64,000 bases of DNA, from contig CAXXET010000006.1 in the NCBI GenBank assembly GCA_963666115.2, forward strand, positions 96,001-160,000. Reading direction: 5' to 3'. Shown piece by piece: positions 10,701 to 18,660 of this stretch. The translations under genes were made by a program, and so were the position numbers. The notes beneath the pieces were generated by a model, which saw only the letters and a list, made by a program, of their open reading frames with translations, had not been told where the DNA came from and did not search any database. Within the stretch, counting starts at the first letter, position 1; every line of letters begins with the position of its first letter. This DNA is from Dehalococcoidia bacterium. GTDB taxonomy: Bacteria; Chloroflexota; Dehalococcoidia; UBA6926.

Positions 10701-11627
10701 GGCACCACTGACGCTGCCAACAAGACCCAGAAGATTGAAGTCAACGATGTCGTCTTCCTCAACGTCAGCTTCGACGCTGAGACGGGCGAGTACACCGGCG
10801 ACTCCAAGAAGAAGGTCAGCATCAGCGGCCTGACCCTGGAGACCCTGTCCGCGGACTCCGTCAGCTCCAGCGGCACGCTCGCCAGCAGCCCGACGGTTGA
10901 AGAGTCCATGGACCTGGAGGACGGGACCGCCCAGAGTTCGAACGGCATCAAGCACGTCATCGCGCTCTCGGAGCCTGCCCTGGGCAACTACCGCCTGAAG
11001 ATCGACTACGCGGATGAGGCTGGCAACGCCGATGACTTCGGCTACGTCTTCACCATCGTCGCCCCGGCGCCTGCCACCGTCGACGTGGTGCCCGGCTGGA
11101 CCCTCGTGTCCATCCCCGGCACCCCGCAGGACAAGAGCATCGCCGGCGTCCTGGCCGGTTCCCAGGTGACGGATGTCTGGAGCCTCAACAACGAGACCAA
11201 GATTTGGGAGTTCGCTCGCATCGATGACGAGGGCGAGTGGACGGGCACCCTGTCCCAGATCGTGGATGGCCGCGGCTACTTCGTCCGCAGCACCACCTTC
11301 GATCCCATCTCCGTCCTCCTTGAGCGCTTCAGCCCCCAGCGCACACCGCCGCAGTACATCGTCGCCACCGGCTGGAACAGCATCGGCTACACCCCCGCAG
11401 GCAATGAGGACTCCGTCAGCGTTGACGGCTACCTCAGCGCCCTCGGAACCAGCGGATGGGGCATGATCCGCATGTGGAACTCCGATGCCACCCCGCCGCA
11501 GTACGAGACCTACTTCTCCAGCGGTGCAATGACCGATGGCTTCCCGAACGACAACGGCGTCGCCAAGGTCGAAAAGGGCAAGGGCTACCTCCTCTTCGCC
11601 ACCCGCAACGGAGTAATCGGCGGCTAA
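7791..11627 (+). CDS. Large secreted acidic Thr/Asp-rich surface (S-layer-like) protein
   Basis: Signal peptide (KRKALVILTVAILALALIPALGVQA), beta-rich Ig-like segments, DxNxDG motifs, C-terminal PGWTLVSIP/GWNSIG domain, strong codon bias. An alternative in-frame ATG lies at 7662. Confidence 0.7.
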   Translation: MKRKALVILTVAILALALIPALGVQAATGAVKIVTPAELANPTTDRTAAFDKLTNAPYVSDAYGEISGDMSDVYGTLYAVIEDNDATANAHQEYTAYFGSQSNQDGVSMDLDELAVDTVYPGGAKVHDHVVPTAVTAPATATPNDIGLTAVANDALVIADRNRDGVVNGNDVTVISYGVDGDGNETGKRIWPATLVFDVQEDTIWANFASMDTAATNVRVHFVTAKKDTLLYTTGSNTGKSLVSVESDTGDAITITATEKNIAGMATGITDAVDSADFENADYDSTDSGIFLARFGVIDNRWKTMLTDWVTAAEAAVATTTATATAGIVPAQTGAGTTASPYVPGTLIVPVTVDSSVTHNGTDHYVYDGNKDGVIDHKDFTVGVTWTEGTADTDTTNDPGLTVVATHLVKGGTVAADHDCSGTAADDTVVATDTLCTTISNTGVITETEDTTTVTATSKVVDSVAGLEDDLDMQATGSGDNAKTRKEVIEGIAAFAGLCSTDACPEADSLGDAVNGQANNLGASDGPAGDLVRQLLGVSDGDDIDVLYRDQSPSGTRSATSTVDLRAPTIGGLNPANDTFTTDDRFDVLFTVTDADAGLPEDAESTNFAGSGDNARNFVAVVAAARQEGGTGYNDSDASASKLDEDDEIPDGFSYELEIDANNAARLASNDNKNLEVRMTITAYDKAGNKGVANVFYTIDVIDPDLLGALTGIGVEFSSTLDRNDKGDKGAHKVLENNRRWMALVFNGPVDGSNLNPSDVAIGGQSVDDVIWLNNVGDNVVTTAANQDSGNITGTTGAGLALKAGTKGQDARHVLFVKLATDLDTTDRPQVEIDGDDIPDLAGNTSRSDHTIARATDRLAPVFTVTLDDKLSNNNLGVTIVSTEELRRSPTATVSNALGVVKRLVVRDSGENAWTVNTARSGIGLGGSGHDGIWTVNVSGEDSNGNGATNMKAKWELDTKVNNGMAPTRGGTTDAANKTQKIEVNDVVFLNVSFDAETGEYTGDSKKKVSISGLTLETLSADSVSSSGTLASSPTVEESMDLEDGTAQSSNGIKHVIALSEPALGNYRLKIDYADEAGNADDFGYVFTIVAPAPATVDVVPGWTLVSIPGTPQDKSIAGVLAGSQVTDVWSLNNETKIWEFARIDDEGEWTGTLSQIVDGRGYFVRSTTFDPISVLLERFSPQRTPPQYIVATGWNSIGYTPAGNEDSVSVDGYLSALGTSGWGMIRMWNSDATPPQYETYFSSGAMTDGFPNDNGVAKVEKGKGYLLFATRNGVIGG

Positions 11628-11648
11628 CCCCCACCACCCGACCCAAAA

Positions 11649-11680
11649 GGAGGGGGGCGCGCAAGCGCCCCCCTCCCTCG
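11649..11680 (+). terminator. GC hairpin after the S-layer-like gene
   Basis: GGAGGGGGGCGC-GCAA-GCGCCCCCCTCC; weak U tract. Confidence 0.6.
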
Positions 11681-11712
11681 TTAACCCCATGTCCCCCTGA
11701 GCGCCCATTCAT

Positions 11713-11737
11713 GTCATTCTGAGCGCAGCGAAGAATC
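11713..11737 (+). repeat. Repeat family B (GTCATTCTGAGCGCAGCGAAGAATC)
   Basis: Identical 25-mers at 13091, 48386, 51488 and 58135. Confidence 0.9.
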
Positions 11738-11765
11738 CCCCAACCCCCCGTGCTACCCTTAACCC

Positions 11766-12848
11766 ATGCAAGACCTAACCACCCGCCTCCTAAAAGGAGA
11801 CCTAACAGCCGCCCCCCGCATCCTAACCCTCCTCGAAAAAGGACACCCCCAAGCCAACGAAATCCTCACCCAACTGTCCGTCATTCCCGCAACCCCAGTC
11901 CGTCATTCCGGCGAAGGCCGGAATCCATCCGGCTCCCCCCCCTCCGAATCCCCCGCGACCCCAGTCCGTCATTCCGGCGAAAGCCGGAATCCATCCGGCT
12001 CCCCCCCCACGTCCCCCGCCCACCACATCGGCATCACAGGCCCCCCCGGCGCAGGCAAGAGCACCCTCGTCGAAGCCCTCACCAAGCTCCTCCGCCAACA
12101 AGACAAAACCGTCGGCGTCCTCGTCGTCGATCCCTCAAGCCCCTTCACCGGCGGCGCCATCCTCGGCGACCGCGTCCGCATGAGAGACCACTTCCTCGAC
12201 CCCGGCGTCTTCATCCGCAGCATGGCAACGCGAGGCGCGACAGGCGGCCTCTCCGCCATCGTCCCATCAGCCCTCCGCGTCCTCGATGCCGCGGGCCTCG
12301 ATGTCATCCTCGTCGAAACAGCAGGCGTCGGCCAGACGGAACTGGACATCATGAACACCGTAGACACCGTCGTCGTCACAGTAGTCCCCGAAGCGGGCGA
12401 TGCCATCCAGACAATGAAAGCCGGACTCCTGGAAATCGCCGATATCTTCGTCGTCAACAAGGCAGACCGCCAGGGCGCAAAGCGCATGGCGACTGACCTG
12501 GAAACAACAGCCCACCTCGGCAGCCGAGACATGGACTGGTGGACAATCCCCGTCCTCCAAACCCAGGCCACCCTCGGCGCAGGAGTAACAGACCTCCTAA
12601 ACGCCCTAACCAACCACTACAAAACCCTCGTCGACACCAACCGCCTGGAACTCCGCCGCGCCGCCCAAAGAAGAGCAGAACTCCAAACAGCCCTAAGAGA
12701 CCGCCTCCTACACCACCTGGACCAAGCCGAACACTCAACCCCCCTAACCAACATCATCCAACAAGTAGAATCCGGCCACCTCCCCCCCCAAACCGCCGCA
12801 GACCAAATCCTCGCGAACCTCGCCCCCCGTGCTAAACTATCCCCATGA
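11766..12848 (+). CDS. meaB: MeaB/ArgK-family GTPase (methylmalonyl-CoA mutase chaperone) with in-frame repeat insertion
   Basis: IGITGPPGAGKSTL, VDPSSPFTGGAILGDRVRM and VETAGVGQTE. Confidence 0.92.
   Translation: MQDLTTRLLKGDLTAAPRILTLLEKGHPQANEILTQLSVIPATPVRHSGEGRNPSGSPPSESPATPVRHSGESRNPSGSPPTSPAHHIGITGPPGAGKSTLVEALTKLLRQQDKTVGVLVVDPSSPFTGGAILGDRVRMRDHFLDPGVFIRSMATRGATGGLSAIVPSALRVLDAAGLDVILVETAGVGQTELDIMNTVDTVVVTVVPEAGDAIQTMKAGLLEIADIFVVNKADRQGAKRMATDLETTAHLGSRDMDWWTIPVLQTQATLGAGVTDLLNALTNHYKTLVDTNRLELRRAAQRRAELQTALRDRLLHHLDQAEHSTPLTNIIQQVESGHLPPQTAADQILANLAPRAKLSP
11880..12005 (+). repeat. Two tandem family-A repeats plus half copies, translated inside meaB
   Basis: 66-nt near-duplicate unit read twice as PATPVRHSGE[G/S]RNPSGSPP. 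Confidence 0.9.
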
Positions 12849-13081
12849 CAACCCAAACACCCACGCCCCCGCCAACAGACAACGAGCGCCTATCCCGCTT
12901 GGAGGGCATCGTCGAACAGATCGTCATACGCCTTGACGGCTTTGAACGACGCTTGGATGGCGTCGAGTCTCGCCTGGACTCCCTCCGCACCATGATGTTC
13001 ATGGGCTTCGGCTTCCTCTGGGCATCGACGATGGCAGGCTTCATAGCCATCTTCATCGCCATCCTCAACATCAACCCCTAG
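12845..13081 (+). CDS. Small coiled-coil protein with C-terminal transmembrane helix
   Basis: Heptads RLDGFER/RLDGVES, then a hydrophobic tail. Paralog at 1141. Confidence 0.75.
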   Translation: MTTQTPTPPPTDNERLSRLEGIVEQIVIRLDGFERRLDGVESRLDSLRTMMFMGFGFLWASTMAGFIAIFIAILNINP

Positions 13082-13090
13082 CCCACACCT

Positions 13091-13115
13091 GTCATTCTGA
13101 GCGCAGCGAAGAATC
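13091..13115 (+). repeat. Repeat family B
   Basis: Exact copy; supplies the stop codon of the - strand gene. Confidence 0.9.
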
Positions 13116-14270
13116 CACCCGCATAAACCGCAAAACATCCCCAACCTCCCCCTCGATCCCCGCGCCCATCCCGCCATTCCCGCGCTCCCCCTCCGTCATT
13201 CCCGCGAAAGCGGGAACCTCACCCCCAAACCACTCAAAAATAACCTCCGCCCGCCCCCCACCCCGCCGCCTCACCCCCCAAGTCCCCACCGCCAACCCAT
13301 CGACGATCACCACAGGCCGTATCATCCCCCCACCCGCATTCACCCGGGACACATCCTCCGCCGCCACCGCAAGCCCCCGCCCCCGATACCCCAACAAATA
13401 AGTATCAAACGCCCCCAACAACCGAACCCTCTTTTTCCCGCGAAAGCGGGAACCCAGTCCCCCGCCCCCGTCCCCCAACAACCACATCCCCTCCCCCCCA
13501 ACCTCAACCTCCACCAACTCCCCCTCAATCGCCCCCCACCCAGCCCGCGCATCCCGCAGCGAAATCCCCGCCCACACAGCAAAATCCCGCGCCGTCGACG
13601 GCCCGAACGCCCGCACATACCGCCCGGCCAGCCGCGCCAAGGCCTCCTCCCGGTCCAACACAGGCCGCTCAACCCCCGCCAGCCACGAATCCGCCGCCAC
13701 GAACGTCTCCGTCTTCCCGTCCACCAGCGGCCCGTGCGTCATCAACCCCAGGAACCCCGCGGACCGCACGACGTGATGCAGCCCCTGGTTCTCGACGGGT
13801 ATCCCATGCGGCGCGAGCCGCTCCGCGAGCTGCGCCCGCGTCAGAGGCCCCTCGGCGGTCAACGCATCCAGCGCAAGCGAATGCGCCCGTTCAAGCTTAG
13901 ACTCATCCAACCCCAGCTCAAGCCGCCGCCCCCGCCCCGACGAAAACGCGATAGGCCCCAAAAGCGATGTCATCCACCGGTGATCCTCCGATGGAATCAA
14001 GTGCAAAGTCCCCCGCATAACCCACGTCCGCACGACAGACCGCTCCTCGGCGATCATGTGATGCATGCTCGCAGCGCTAAGCCCGGAACTCCGGGCGCGA
14101 ATCTGCAGCGCCGCCGCATTCAAATCCTGCCCCTGCAACCCCCCCGCCCGAGCCACAACAGCGGCCGCAATCCCCGCGCCCCCCTCCAAATCCCCCGCGA
14201 AGGCGGGGGCCAACCCCTGCGCCAAAACACGCAGCCACCGAACCTCACCAGCAGAAAGAGAAACGGCCAT
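13092..14270 (-). CDS. AlkZ/YcaQ-like winged-helix DNA glycosylase family protein (HTH_42)
   Basis: GLQGQD, RTWVMRGTLHL, RYVRAFGPSTARDFAVWAG and RLLGAFDTYLLGY. Contains translated repeats. Confidence 0.88.
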   Translation of the reverse strand: MAVSLSAGEVRWLRVLAQGLAPAFAGDLEGGAGIAAAVVARAGGLQGQDLNAAALQIRARSSGLSAASMHHMIAEERSVVRTWVMRGTLHLIPSEDHRWMTSLLGPIAFSSGRGRRLELGLDESKLERAHSLALDALTAEGPLTRAQLAERLAPHGIPVENQGLHHVVRSAGFLGLMTHGPLVDGKTETFVAADSWLAGVERPVLDREEALARLAGRYVRAFGPSTARDFAVWAGISLRDARAGWGAIEGELVEVEVGGEGMWLLGDGGGGLGSRFRGKKRVRLLGAFDTYLLGYRGRGLAVAAEDVSRVNAGGGMIRPVVIVDGLAVGTWGVRRRGGGRAEVIFEWFGGEVPAFAGMTEGERGNGGMGAGIEGEVGDVLRFMRVDSSLRSE

Positions 14271-14279
14271 AGGGGAAAC

Positions 14280-14687
14280 TCAGGACAGCGAAATCGGCTC
14301 TAACTGGCCATCCTCGAGCACATCCAGAATGAAGGGAGGCGTCAAATACACAATGGCATCGAGAATGAGTTCAAATGCCCGCAAGAAGCACCGGACCTTT
14401 TCCCATAGCTGCTCTGAGCCTCCCCACAGGTAGAAGCATCGAATTCTGTAGTCGATGATGGCGGCTCGCTCTGAGGGCTCCAGGTGGTGCCTGCGGTCAT
14501 GCCCGATGATGATCCAGCCCCGCCGCCCAATCTCTGGCATCCATACTTCATCCGGGGTGTCCTGCGCGAAGTGATCACGGAGGAACTCGACTTCTATGGG
14601 GAGGCGCAGTCTGGCTAAGACCTCCGGCAGACGCTTTCCGACGTCTCGGTCAAAGAACAGTGTAGGCCGACTAGCGGGCGCGATCAT
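14280..14687 (-). CDS. PIN-like toxin (VapC45-type)
   Basis: LFFDRDVG, TPDEVWM..IG.RGWIII.HD and E..AI. Paired with a DUF433 gene. Confidence 0.8.
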   Translation of the reverse strand: MIAPASRPTLFFDRDVGKRLPEVLARLRLPIEVEFLRDHFAQDTPDEVWMPEIGRRGWIIIGHDRRHHLEPSERAAIIDYRIRCFYLWGGSEQLWEKVRCFLRAFELILDAIVYLTPPFILDVLEDGQLEPISLS

Positions 14688-15347
14688 TCAGACCGCAGCG
14701 TCATTGACGGCTTCAAACGCCAGAGCGTCCTTGACTTGCGCAGGACTCAGCACGAGGTCATCTTCAATATCCTCAAGCGATTCGCCTGCTTCATGGCGCC
14801 CCTTAATGATCGCGGTTAGCACGCCGCCGGACGATGGCGCCCCAAACCGCATCCGGGGATCGATGATCACGCTGCTGCCGCGACCTCTCGGATACCACCG
14901 CACCGCCAGGCCATCCTCGTAATCAAACTCCTCAAACCGCTCCGCTAGGCAGCCGTGCCAATCCATGGAACCGGCATCCCCCATCAAGTCAGCCGCGTAG
15001 CTCTTCCACCGCGCGTCCACAAAGGGATATTCCAAATCGAACGCGTTCGCCGCTCGCTCATGCGCCGCGCGAATCTGGCGGAGCGAAACCCCCGCGTTCC
15101 GGAGAGTCGCCACGAACGCCACCTCAATCAACTCGAGATATGAGAGCGACGGCAGCTTGTGACCGCGACCGCGACCCCGCCCGTTCGACGCCGCTGCAAG
15201 CGAACTGTAGGACTGGCGCCTCCATGCGCTGACGGTCTGCGCGCTCGTGCCCGCATAGCGGGCTGCCTCGCCCGTAGGGTAACCGGGAAGATGTATGCGG
15301 CCCCGCCACCCCTCGGTAGGGCGCGCCCCCGCCAAAGACACCATCAC
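14688..15347 (-). CDS. DUF433 antitoxin (VapB45-like)
   Basis: N-terminal HTH (EAARYAG), LSYLELIE, and IIDPRMRFGAP...AGESLEDIEDDLVLSPAQVKDALAFE. Confidence 0.8.
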   Translation of the reverse strand: MMVSLAGARPTEGWRGRIHLPGYPTGEAARYAGTSAQTVSAWRRQSYSSLAAASNGRGRGRGHKLPSLSYLELIEVAFVATLRNAGVSLRQIRAAHERAANAFDLEYPFVDARWKSYAADLMGDAGSMDWHGCLAERFEEFDYEDGLAVRWYPRGRGSSVIIDPRMRFGAPSSGGVLTAIIKGRHEAGESLEDIEDDLVLSPAQVKDALAFEAVNDAAV

Positions 15348-15390
15348 TCACTCTCCATCCTCATAGCCCCACCAGTATACCGCCCCCTCC

Positions 15391-15416
15391 GTCATTCCCG
15401 CGAAAGCGGGAACCTA
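15391..15416 (+). repeat. Repeat family A
   Basis: GTCATTCCCGCGAAAGCGGGAACCTA. Confidence 0.9.
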
Positions 15417-16844
15417 GAACCCCATCTCCCCCCGCGCCACGTAAAACTCCCGCAAACGCCGTATCGCCCGCGCCGCGTCCTGGAACGACGGGAACACCGC
15501 GATCCCCTTCTCCGCCACCTTGATACGGAACTCCGCCAGCGCCGCCTCATCCTGGTTCCACGTCGCGATCACCCCGAACGGCTTGTCCGTCGACTCCTGG
15601 AACTCCTTGAACATGTCGATCAGGTCGTCCATCCCCTGGCCCTGACGCTCAAGGCGCCGCGAGATGAACCCGATGCTCGCCTCGATCACCACGATGTCCG
15701 TATTCGGATCAGCCGCCAGCGCGTCCAGCATCTCCCGCCCGCGTTCGATGCTCGTCAGCGAGCCGGACACGTCCAGCGGGTTCTTGTAGCTGCCCCCCAC
15801 CACCGTCACGATGGGCTGCAGGATGTCATAGCTCTCCTGCGTCAGGTCGGGCACCGTCAGCCCCTCCCGCCCGAACGCGTCGGACACCAGCACGGACTGC
15901 CCGCCCGTCTGCGCCACAATCCCCATCCGGGTCCCCGTGAACGGCTTCAGGAAGTGCAGCGCCTTGAACGCGTCCATCAGCTCGTCCTGCGTGTCCACCC
16001 GGATCGCCCCCGTCTGCCGGATCATCGCGTCCCACAGCGCCATGTCCGACGCCAGGTGCCCCGTGTGCGACGCCGCGGCCCGCGCCCCCTCCTGCGTCTG
16101 CCCGCCCTTCCAGATGATCACCGGCTTCCGCGCCGCAACGTCGCGCAGCGCCTCGAAGAACTTGCGCCCGTCGCGCGTCCCCTCGACATACATCCCAATC
16201 GACTTGACCTCCGGGTCCTCCCCCAGGTACTCAAGCCAATCCCCCTGGTCGACGGAAATGCTGTTGCCCATGCTGATCGACTTCAACGGATACAGGCCGT
16301 TGATGCGCGCGCGAATGACGAAGCTGGTGGCGTGCGTGCCGGAGTTCGACATGAACCCGATGTCGCCGCCCTCGCCGATCCACTGGTCCTGCGAGTTCCG
16401 GATGCCCGCCTTGGAGTGGTACAGCGCCATGCAGTTCGGGCCGACGAGGTTGAAGTTCGCCTCGCTCGTCATCTTCGTCAGCGCCTCCTGGAGCTGGACG
16501 CCCTGCTCCTCGCCCGTCTCCGCGAAGCCGGACGTGAACAGCGCCGCCGCCCCGGCCCCCGCGCTGATCGCGTCCGCCACGATGCGCGGCGCGACAGGCC
16601 GCGGCACCGCCACAATCACATAGTCAACCTGCCCCGGCACGGCCTCCAGGCTCGGGTAATTCTCGAATCCCATCTCAAGGATGCCCGGGATCTCGTTCTC
16701 ATCGATCTGCACGGACACAACCTTCGCCTTCGCGTCGCGGACGCTCTTCAGCCACATATAGTCCGTGATCTTCTTGTCGCCCACCACCGCAATCAACTCC
16801 GGGTTGAATGCCCGATCCAAATTAGCCTTCCGTACCGCATCCAT
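15414..16844 (-). CDS. NDP-forming acyl-CoA synthetase, CoA-binding (alpha) subunit
   Basis: LFTSGFAETG, LVGPNC, WKGGQT.EGARAAASHTGHLA and NPLD. Confidence 0.88.
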   Translation of the reverse strand: MDAVRKANLDRAFNPELIAVVGDKKITDYMWLKSVRDAKAKVVSVQIDENEIPGILEMGFENYPSLEAVPGQVDYVIVAVPRPVAPRIVADAISAGAGAAALFTSGFAETGEEQGVQLQEALTKMTSEANFNLVGPNCMALYHSKAGIRNSQDQWIGEGGDIGFMSNSGTHATSFVIRARINGLYPLKSISMGNSISVDQGDWLEYLGEDPEVKSIGMYVEGTRDGRKFFEALRDVAARKPVIIWKGGQTQEGARAAASHTGHLASDMALWDAMIRQTGAIRVDTQDELMDAFKALHFLKPFTGTRMGIVAQTGGQSVLVSDAFGREGLTVPDLTQESYDILQPIVTVVGGSYKNPLDVSGSLTSIERGREMLDALAADPNTDIVVIEASIGFISRRLERQGQGMDDLIDMFKEFQESTDKPFGVIATWNQDEAALAEFRIKVAEKGIAVFPSFQDAARAIRRLREFYVARGEMGF

Positions 16845-16858
16845 CCTGTGCGCCCCCC

Positions 16859-16905
16859 TTTTTCCCGCGAAACCCCTCCGTCATTCCCGCGAAAGCGGGA
16901 ATCTA
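16859..16905 (+). repeat. Half copy plus full copy of repeat family A
   Basis: TTTTTCCCGCGAAA-CCCCTCC-GTCATTCCCGCGAAAGCGGGAATCTA. Confidence 0.85.
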
Positions 16906-17625
16906 CCCCTCCGCAGTAAGCACTATCCGCGCATCGACAGCGACTGACCCATCCGCGTAAGCAAGCACCGGATTCAAGTCCATCTCCGCAACCCCCGGCG
17001 TCTCGCTCACAAACGCCGAAACCGCCTCGATTACCCCCTCCAGCGCGCCCAGGTCAACGGCCCGCGTCGCCCGGTGCCCCGTCAGCAGCGGATACCCCTT
17101 GATCTCGCGGATGATCGCCCCCGCGTCCCTCGTCGTCAGCGGAGCGATCCGAAACGCCACGTCCTGCAGCACCTCAACCGCGATGCCGCCCAGCCCGAAC
17201 ATGATCACCGGCCCAAACTGGCGGTCGCGCGTCATGCCCACGATGACCTCGACGCCTCCTGCGGGCGCTTGCGGCTGCACCGTCACGCCGTCGATGGCCG
17301 CGTTCGGCTCCGCCGCCGTCGCGCTTGCGACGATCTCCTCGAAAGCCGCCCGCGCGGCGTCCGCGTCCGCGATGCCGAGCCGCACGCCGCCAACATCGCT
17401 CTTGTGCGTAATCTCCCTGGATGACACCTTCATCACGACGGGAAACCCGACGCTTTCCGCCGCCGCCGCAGCCTCATCCGCAGACGAAGCCGTCGTCGGC
17501 ATTGTCACCCGGATGCCCTGCTCCTGCAGGATCGCCTTGGATTCCTCCTCCGTCAGGATGAGACGCCCCTCGGCACGCGCGCGAGCCGCCGTCTCCCCAA
17601 AAAGTGTGGACGCTGACACAGTCAC
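16903..17625 (-). CDS. NDP-forming acyl-CoA synthetase, ATP-grasp (beta) subunit
   Basis: GFPVVMKV.S.EITHKSDVGGV, FGPVIMFGLGGI.VE and EMDLNPV...AVDAR. Start uncertain. Confidence 0.88.
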   Translation of the reverse strand: MTVSASTLFGETAARARAEGRLILTEEESKAILQEQGIRVTMPTTASSADEAAAAAESVGFPVVMKVSSREITHKSDVGGVRLGIADADAARAAFEEIVASATAAEPNAAIDGVTVQPQAPAGGVEVIVGMTRDRQFGPVIMFGLGGIAVEVLQDVAFRIAPLTTRDAGAIIREIKGYPLLTGHRATRAVDLGALEGVIEAVSAFVSETPGVAEMDLNPVLAYADGSVAVDARIVLTAEG

Positions 17626-17713
17626 AAACACCCCCCGCCTATTCCCCAAATTGCACTTGCTAGTGTATACGAATCGAACGCCAAACGCGCCCGTTCCCGC
17701 GTGCCGGCCCCCC

Positions 17714-18652
17714 CTACAGCCGTGACACGCCCACCAGCGTCGCGTTCACGATGAAGCGGTGAGAATACGTCGTCGCCGGCGCGCACGTCACCAGTGACAG
17801 CGTCGGCCCGTCCGAGTAATCGAAGACGTCCACGTCCTCCGGCAGCACAACCGTCGTATCCGTGGCCCGGTACAGAAACACGTCCCCACCCGCCGTCACG
17901 ATGATGTCCACGATCTTGCCCCGCCGCAGCAGCGGCGCAATTTCATCCAGCCGCGCAAACACCGACCCCTCCCCGGCAATCGGCGAATTGACGTGGCCTG
18001 ACATCACCGTGTTGCCAACCTCCCCCGGCGTCGCCGAGCCGATGTGGAACCCCACCGCGTGATCCGCCGTCTCCCACTCGCTCGTCTCGCCGTCCCAGAC
18101 AATGCTGAGATCGACAACCGTCGACTCCAGCCCGATGGCCGGAATGATGATGTGGTGCGGCCGCGGCTCCTCCCCATACGTCGAAACCAAATCATCCTCC
18201 GTGACCGCCCGAAAATTCTCCCGGATCGGTCCAAGCAGCGTTCCATCGTCTGCGCGGGCCACATAGTGATTGAGGTCACGAAGTATGCCGTACTCGTCAT
18301 AGGGGCTTTCGACTGCTTCAGAAGCATCGTTGGTCTCCTCAGATTCGGGCAACGGCGTAGGCGCCGTGGCAACCGGCAGCGCCGAATCGACGTACACGAT
18401 AGACGTTGCCGCTGCCGTAGGCATGGCAGGGGTCTGGATGGCCAGGTCTCGCGACAAATCCTCCCGCGTAAGCCCAGTCTCAGCCTGCGTAACAGTCAAA
18501 TCATCAAGCCCCGCCTGCCCGTAAGCCCCAACGATGAAATACCCGCCCGCGAACAAGACCAACCCAACCCCGATAGCCACAATGAATACGCCCAGGACAA
18601 GCATCGGCCGCACAAAGACAAGCGCCCAAAGCCCAATCAGCCGGTCCATCAT
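17714..18652 (-). CDS. Sortase family protein
   Basis: N-terminal TM, PGEVGNTVMSGH, catalytic LSLVTC and HRFIV. Confidence 0.88.
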   Translation of the reverse strand: MMDRLIGLWALVFVRPMLVLGVFIVAIGVGLVLFAGGYFIVGAYGQAGLDDLTVTQAETGLTREDLSRDLAIQTPAMPTAAATSIVYVDSALPVATAPTPLPESEETNDASEAVESPYDEYGILRDLNHYVARADDGTLLGPIRENFRAVTEDDLVSTYGEEPRPHHIIIPAIGLESTVVDLSIVWDGETSEWETADHAVGFHIGSATPGEVGNTVMSGHVNSPIAGEGSVFARLDEIAPLLRRGKIVDIIVTAGGDVFLYRATDTTVVLPEDVDVFDYSDGPTLSLVTCAPATTYSHRFIVNATLVGVSRL

Positions 18653-18660
18653 CCGACCGC

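Noticed and set aside
7734-11708. 1324-aa ORF on the - strand and other long antisense ORFs (e.g. 15159..16919, 62088..63515)
   Set aside because: These are shadow frames of high-GC genes with strong codon bias and carry no recognisable motifs.
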